Below are positions 19,160 to 24,363 of a DNA stretch of 24,363 nucleotides, in pieces. Under the pieces are notes generated by a model. That model ran no database searches. It worked only from the letters and a program-made list of their open reading frames with translations, and was not told the origin of the DNA. The stretch covers positions 1-24,363 of the forward strand of contig NW_021836399.1 of the NCBI RefSeq assembly GCF_006345805.1, read 5' to 3'. The translations under genes were made by a program, and so were the position numbers. The first letter of the stretch is position 1, and each line of letters begins with the position of its first letter. This DNA comes from Octopus sinensis (taxonomy: Eukaryota).

Positions 19160-19463
19160 CTCTAAAAGTTTCGGGAGTTTTCCAACATCAATAAATCACC
19201 GTATCTTACTCTACCTTTGGTATTCCAGTGACATTTTACTCCATTTTGTTGGAGTGGGGGTGGGGGCGCCTGTGTTGACTCGGCTGAGCTGTAAACAGGT
19301 AACCCTGCGACGGAGTGTTGGCTTGTTCGCCTTGCCAGCAGAACGGCATCCTTCGAAAGCTAAAATGATCCAAAGTGCATTGTGACAAGCGATGTATATG
19401 AACATCCGATTGTCTGGTCGATAACATGATCACATGATACACACACACATACACACACACACA

Positions 19464-19500
<37 letters not shown>

Positions 19501-19600
19501 TTATATGATCAATAATAATAAAGGGTAAAATTAATTAATTAATTAATAATTTTACCAAGTAGTTCGGTATGTTAAAAGAACCATTATCGGTAAACTTATA

Positions 19601-19834
19601 CAAAAATTCTATAATTATGAGTATAATTATAATTAGGGTTCAGCAAAATTTGCTTCACCGCATACCGAAATTTAGAAATAGCAGTTAAAAACTACTATTT
19701 CACTACCATACTGCTGTTTGGGTGATGTTGTTATGGTAATGAAATAGTTGTTTTTAACTACTATTTCTAAATTTCGGTATGTGGTGAAGCAAATTTTGCT
19801 GAACCCAATTATGATTATACTCGAATTATAGAAT

Positions 19835-19839
<5 letters not shown>
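19601..19839. mobile_element. MITE family B: ~110-bp TIRs, 21-bp spacer, TA flanks (Tc1/mariner-type)
   Basis: 19601-19710 is inverted in 19732-19839; ends read TA|CAAAAATTCTATAATT and AATTATAGAATTTCTG|TA. Confidence 0.85.
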
Positions 19840-19890
<51 letters not shown>

Positions 19891-19915
19891 TATACACATA
19901 TATAATTTATATAAG

Positions 19916-20056
19916 TCATCATCATCATCTTTTAGCGTCCGCTTTCCATGCTAGCATGGGTTGGACGCTTCAACTGGGGTCTGGGAAACCAGAAGGCTGC
20001 ACCAGGCCCAGTCTGATCTGGCAATGTTTCTACGGCTGGATGCCCTTCCTAGTGCC
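19916..20056 (-). mobile_element. Severely 5'-truncated copy of the RTE 3' end with (GAT)n tail
   Basis: Its reverse complement matches ~15085-15234 (AGGAAGGGCATCCAGCCGTAGAAACA...CCAACCCATGCTAGCATGGAAA.CGGACGCT...GATGATGATGA). Confidence 0.88.
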
Positions 20057-20070
20057 GGGATCATTTTTTT

Positions 20071-20186
20071 TTCGACTAAAGGCATGTCCACGATTCGACA
20101 GTAAGACAGCTCAACGAAAATTTCCAAGGCGGTTCTGCAGCATGGCCGCAGTCCAATAACTGAAAACAAGTAAAAGCTAAAAGGCA
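20071..20186 (+). mobile_element. 3' end fragment related to SINE family A
   Basis: CGACTAAAGGC...AAGGCGGTTCTGCAGCATGGCCGCAGTCCAATAACTGAAAACAAGTAAAAG matches ~23900-23956 apart from an extra ~47-bp segment. Confidence 0.7.
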
Positions 20187-20725
20187 TATTAACAATACAC
20201 AAGACTTATGATGTCTGATATTTCTAGAAAGTCATAATAAATATCTTTGTCAAATATCTCAACCCTTGACTAGATTTATTCTTGGTAAATGTTCTGAAGT
20301 ATGCAAATGGATTTTGTCCCGCGGATATTTCACAATAATAGATTCTCTACAAGACGCAGTGAGCGAAAAAGCATAATTCTACAGAGAAAAATAAGCAAAG
20401 CAAATAGCGTCATTTCTTGTAAATTTGTTTAACTGTCTTATAGATTTGTCAAGTATGTTGTTCTTATTCTTGTTGTTTGTCTTTTTGTAAGTATTGGAGA
20501 TGTTTAGCCCCAGGTCAGTCACACTTAACCTCTTGCCGTCGTAAATGCATATCTATATCTATATATACATACACACATATACATATATGTATATATGTAT
20601 GTATGTATATATATATATATATAGATATATACATATATTATATACATATATATATATATATATATACATATATATATAGGCATATATGCATACATATATG
20701 TACATACTGGCCATATATATGTATA

Positions 20726-20759
<34 letters not shown>

Positions 20760-20767
20760 CATATATA

Positions 20768-21065
20768 GGCACAGGAGTGGCTGTGTGGTAAGTACTTGCC
20801 TACCAACCACATGGTTCTGGGTTCATTCCCATTGCATGGCACCTTGGGCACCTACTATAGCCTCGGCCGACCAAAGCCTCGTGAGTGGATTTGATAGACG
20901 GAAACTGAAAGAAGCCCATCGTATATATATATATATAATATTATATAATATATATATATATATATGTATGTATGTATGTTCATGTATATGTCTCTGTGTC
21001 TGTGTTTCTCCCCCAACATCGCTTGACAACTGGTGGTGGTGTGTTTACGTCCCCGTAACTTAGCG
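20768..21065 (+). mobile_element. 3'-truncated SINE (family A)
   Basis: GGCACAGGAGTGGCTGTGTGG...GGGTTCATTCCC...CCCCGTAACTTAGCG; stops abruptly at the transposase sequence. Confidence 0.9.
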
Positions 21066-21830
21066 TTGCATGGCCTCGCATCTTCACAAACTTGGCTACT
21101 ATGGCAGAGCAGCAAGAAGGAAACCACTTCTTCAACCAGCCAGTATAATGCGAATGAAAGATTGGGCCAGGGAGACGGTGGAGAGGTCATTAGCATTTTG
21201 GGACACTGTCATACTCTCTGATGAGTACAGATTTGTTGTATTTTCTGACAATGGTCGAGTGTGAGTCTGGAGACTCTGTGATCAAGAAATCGATGTGAAA
21301 AGGACGCAGCCAACAGTGAAACATGGTGGCTATTCTGTGATGGTTTGGGAAGCAATTTGGAGCAATGATCGATCAGAGCTGGTGGAGCGTGAGGGAAACA
21401 TAAACCCAGATAAATATGTGTCCTTATTGCAGAAAGGACTCCTTCCAATCTTCTCCAGTAGTGAAATGATTAAAGAAGACAGACTCTCTCTGTAGGGAAG
21501 GTGAGGTTCCTTGTCATACAGCTAAAAAAACCCAAGATTTGTTAGAAGAGAATGGCTTTAGAAAGCTTCCATGGCCGAACCCTATTGAAAACCTCTGGAG
21601 CATAATGGACAGGGCACGTCATAAAGGGAGTCAGAAAAAATCCTCAAATCCATGAAACATGGTATGAAATTCTTTAATAGGGTCCTTGCACTATAAAATG
21701 CAAAGGGTATATCTACTAAATATTAGATATTCACATTATAATAATTAACGAATAATTTGAATGCATAAATTCAGATTTAAATAAATTTTAATGATTATAA
21801 GGGTGTCTTTTTACTTGTCATGGCTCTGTG
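21066..21830 (+). mobile_element. Decayed Tc1/mariner transposon (3' two-thirds of the transposase plus right TIR)
   Basis: LHKLGYYGRAARRKPLL, WDTVILSDE.RF, TVKHGG.SVMVW, EGNIN..KY, PCHTAK and NPIENLW, with stops and frameshifts. Putative TIR GGGTGTCTTTTTACTTGTCATGGCTCTGTG (21801-21830) followed by TA. Confidence 0.87.
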
Positions 21831-21950
21831 TATGTGTGTGTGTTTCTATACATATATATGTATATATATGTATATACATATGTATATGATATGTATATAT
21901 ATATGTGTATATATATAGTGTATATATATATATGTATATATATCTATAAT

Positions 21951-21981
<31 letters not shown>

Positions 21982-22021
21982 ATAATATAATATATATATA
22001 TATAGATAGAATATATTTATA

Positions 22022-22065
<44 letters not shown>

Positions 22066-22209
22066 TATACATTTTATTTCGGAATGGTCATTTTGCCAGT
22101 TTAGCCAATATCTGTTTCAACATACGACTTCACATAAAAAATCTTGCACAACAAATATTTAAAACGTAACTAAATATATATATATATATATATATTAATA
22201 TATATATAT

Positions 22210-22256
<47 letters not shown>

Positions 22257-22410
22257 AATATATAATATATATATATATAATATATAATATATATATATAT
22301 GTATTTATATATATACACACACACATATACACGCATTGAAGAGAGAGAGAGCAGACAGACAGACAGGCAGATAGACAGACAGGCAGATAGACAGACAGGC
22401 AGATAGACAG
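21831..22410. repeat. (TA)n tracts and a (CAGA)n tract, with a short unique interruption
   Basis: Direct inspection. Confidence 0.9.
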
Positions 22411-22624
22411 ACAGACTGACAACGGTACTGTCAGGTTTCCTCACACGCATGCTCTTTGTATTCCCTTACACTTGTATCGGGGTGTACCTCTTTCGTCTGT
22501 TTATGCTTCTTACTCCATAGAGCTGTGTGCCGGTGCCAAATAATTCATAGCATTATCTTTTTGAATTGTAGCTTTCAAAGACTAATTGTAGGGCCCCTTG
22601 TGCAGTAGGTGTCATATTACCTTG

Positions 22625-22660
22625 CATGCATGCCTGCATGTATGTATGTATGTATGTATG

Positions 22661-22691
<31 letters not shown>

Positions 22692-23013
22692 TGTATGTGT
22701 GTGTGTGCATGTATGTATGTATGTATGTATGTATGTCTGTCTGTCTGTCTGTATGTATGTATGTATGTCTGTCTGTCTGTCTGTATGTATGTATGTATGT
22801 ATGTATGTATGTCTGTATGTATGTATGTATTATGTATGTATGTCTGTATGTATGTATGTATGTATGTATTATGTATGTATGTATGTCTGCATGTATGTAT
22901 GTATATGTATTATGTATGTACGTATATGTGTGTGTATGAATGTATGTTTCCATTTATGTATGTATGAATGCATGTAATTATTGTATGTGTGTATGTATGT
23001 ATGAATGTATGTA

Positions 23014-23068
<55 letters not shown>

Positions 23069-23151
23069 ATGTATATGTTTTTCGATAATAATGCTTCTCT
23101 CTCTCTCTCTCTCTCTCTCTGGCCTTCCTCCTATCCTTATCTCTCAGCTCG

Positions 23152-23178
<27 letters not shown>
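22625..23178. repeat. Compound microsatellite (ATGT)n/(CTGT)n/(TATC)n/(CT)n
   Basis: Direct inspection. Confidence 0.93.
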
Positions 23179-23182
<4 letters not shown>

Positions 23183-23349
23183 AAATGGTTTCTGAAATAA
23201 AATTGCACTTCGTTTTTGAAGGTCCAATGACCTTCAAAAAGGTGTTATAGACAAGCACGGAACTTTGAATGCATTGCACCTTATGACTGACACAGGTGTC
23301 AGTTAATGAAGTTCATAACAAAATTTCCTTTTCTCCGGTGATTTGAATT

Positions 23350-23390
<41 letters not shown>

Positions 23391-23553
23391 AGGTAATGAG
23401 CCAAAAGAAGAACAAGACAAGAGGGACCAGTTGTTTTATCAGAACTGCTTTTACTATAACACATGGATGGGAGGGAAGGTGTCTTTTAGCGTTTCGGATG
23501 CTAGTCCTTCATCACAAAAAAAAAACAAAACAGAACTAGAAAAGTGACACATA

Positions 23554-23972
23554 GGCGCAGGAGTGGCTGTGTGGTAAGTAGCTTGCTAACCAACCACATG
23601 GTTCCGGTTTCAGTCTCACTGCGTTGCACCTTGGTCAGGTATCTTCTACTATAGCCTCGAGCCGAACAAAGCCTTGTGAGTGGATTTGATTGACGGAAAC
23701 TGAAAGAAGCCTGTCGTATATATGTATATATATATATAAGTGTGTGTGTGTGTGTGTTTGTGTGTCTGTGTTTGTCCCCCTAGCATTGCTTGACAACCGA
23801 TGCTGGTGTGTTTATGTCCCTGTCACTTAGCGGTTCGGCAAAAGAGACCGATAGAATAAGTACTGGGCTTACAAAGAATAAGTCCCGGGGTCGATTTGCT
23901 CGACTAAAGGCGGTGCTCCAGCATGGCCGCAGTCAAATGACTGAAACAAGTAAAAAAGAGAGAAAAAGAGTA
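23554..23972 (+). mobile_element. tRNA-derived SINE (family A), full length
   Basis: GGCGCAGGAGTGGCTGTGTGG A box; GTTTCAGTCTC degenerate B box; internal microsatellite; 3' GCATGGCCGCAGTCAAATGACTGAAACAAGTAAAAAAGAGAGAAAAAGAGTA tail. Confidence 0.93.
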
Positions 23973-24152
23973 TTCGCAGGGGTAGCACTGACCCCCTCAA
24001 TGGATAGCACTGATCTCCTCAATAGTGCACCCTCAGATTTACAGTGGTACACTTATTTCGAAACACCCACTTTGGCAGTATTACAAATTAGTGCCCACGC
24101 AGAATATTCTGAGCCCCCACCCCACCCAACACCAGGGATCAAAATTTTTTTT

Positions 24153-24198
24153 AAAGCTTGGTTCTTATTCTATCGGTCTCCTTTTGTCGAATCGCTAG
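24153..24198 (-). mobile_element. Short internal fragment of SINE family A
   Basis: CTTATTCTATCGGTCTC.TTTTG..GAA.CGCTA matches ~18195-18235. Confidence 0.6.
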
Positions 24199-24246
24199 AT
24201 AACAACAACAGCAACAACAGTGAAAACAACAACATTGACAAACTAA

Positions 24247-24363
24247 GTGGGTAAACTGGAACGCAAGGTACTCCACGCACGACGACACATCGTCCTCTAC
24301 CGGAGACCCATTGATGGTGCCTTCGTCTTAACACACTCCAGGGACGAGGCGATCAGGACCCAC
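24247..24363 (+). pseudogene. Penelope-like element reverse transcriptase fragment (motif C region), running off the window
   Basis: The translation VGKLERKVLHARRHIVLYRRPIDGAFVLTHSRDEAIRTH matches the remembered PLE RT pattern M..LE.K.L......Y.RY(V/I)DD.F(V/I), with the catalytic YIDD decayed to PIDG. Confidence 0.5.

Noticed and set aside
19200-19437. ORFs 19211-19405 and 19236-19496 as exons
   Set aside because: There is no recognisable protein. The segment looks like a decayed SINE 3' end running into (CA)n, from recollection only, with no second copy here to confirm.
20440-20462. Plus-strand 9-nt microexon (CTTATAG|ATTTGTCAA|GTATGT) and other isolated splice-like sites (~5350, 5445, 5688, 10084)
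   Set aside because: Such motifs are frequent by chance in AT-rich DNA, they give no coherent reading frame, and they lie on the opposite strand to the best exon candidate.
245-23200. Dozens of long ORFs rich in YI, HT, MYVC and CV
   Set aside because: They are translations of (TA)n, (CA)n and (ATGT)n microsatellites, which lack stop codons in several frames.

Overview
AT-rich, repeat-dominated eukaryotic DNA, intronic or intergenic. It is not prokaryotic: there is no operon, rRNA, true tRNA gene or CRISPR array. The SINE families and heavy microsatellite load look like Octopus/cephalopod DNA, but that is recalled recognition, not a database result. Contents: one near full-length, frameshifted RTE-clade LINE (APE-RT-PHD-like; ~11.4-15.2 kb); a second, 5'-truncated RTE with a perfect 9-bp TSD; three tRNA-derived SINE families in several copies; a decayed Tc1/mariner transposase with one TIR; several foldback/MITE elements, one carrying telomere-like TTAGGG repeats; an 8 x 80-bp palindrome-containing tandem array; a Penelope-like RT fragment at the right edge; and long (TA)n/(ATGT)n tracts that generate most ORFs in the supplied track. 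The main finding, read by eye, is four hammerhead-ribozyme (HHR) motifs in four locally unrelated short elements, all on the minus strand. One is fully canonical (16427-16519), one is minimal Penelope-type (3800-3851), one is a CUGUUGA core variant (16081-16119) and one is degenerate inside a foldback (17895-17984). They share a strand with the best host-exon candidate (17467-17560), so they may lie in the sense orientation of a host pre-mRNA. No host gene could be named.
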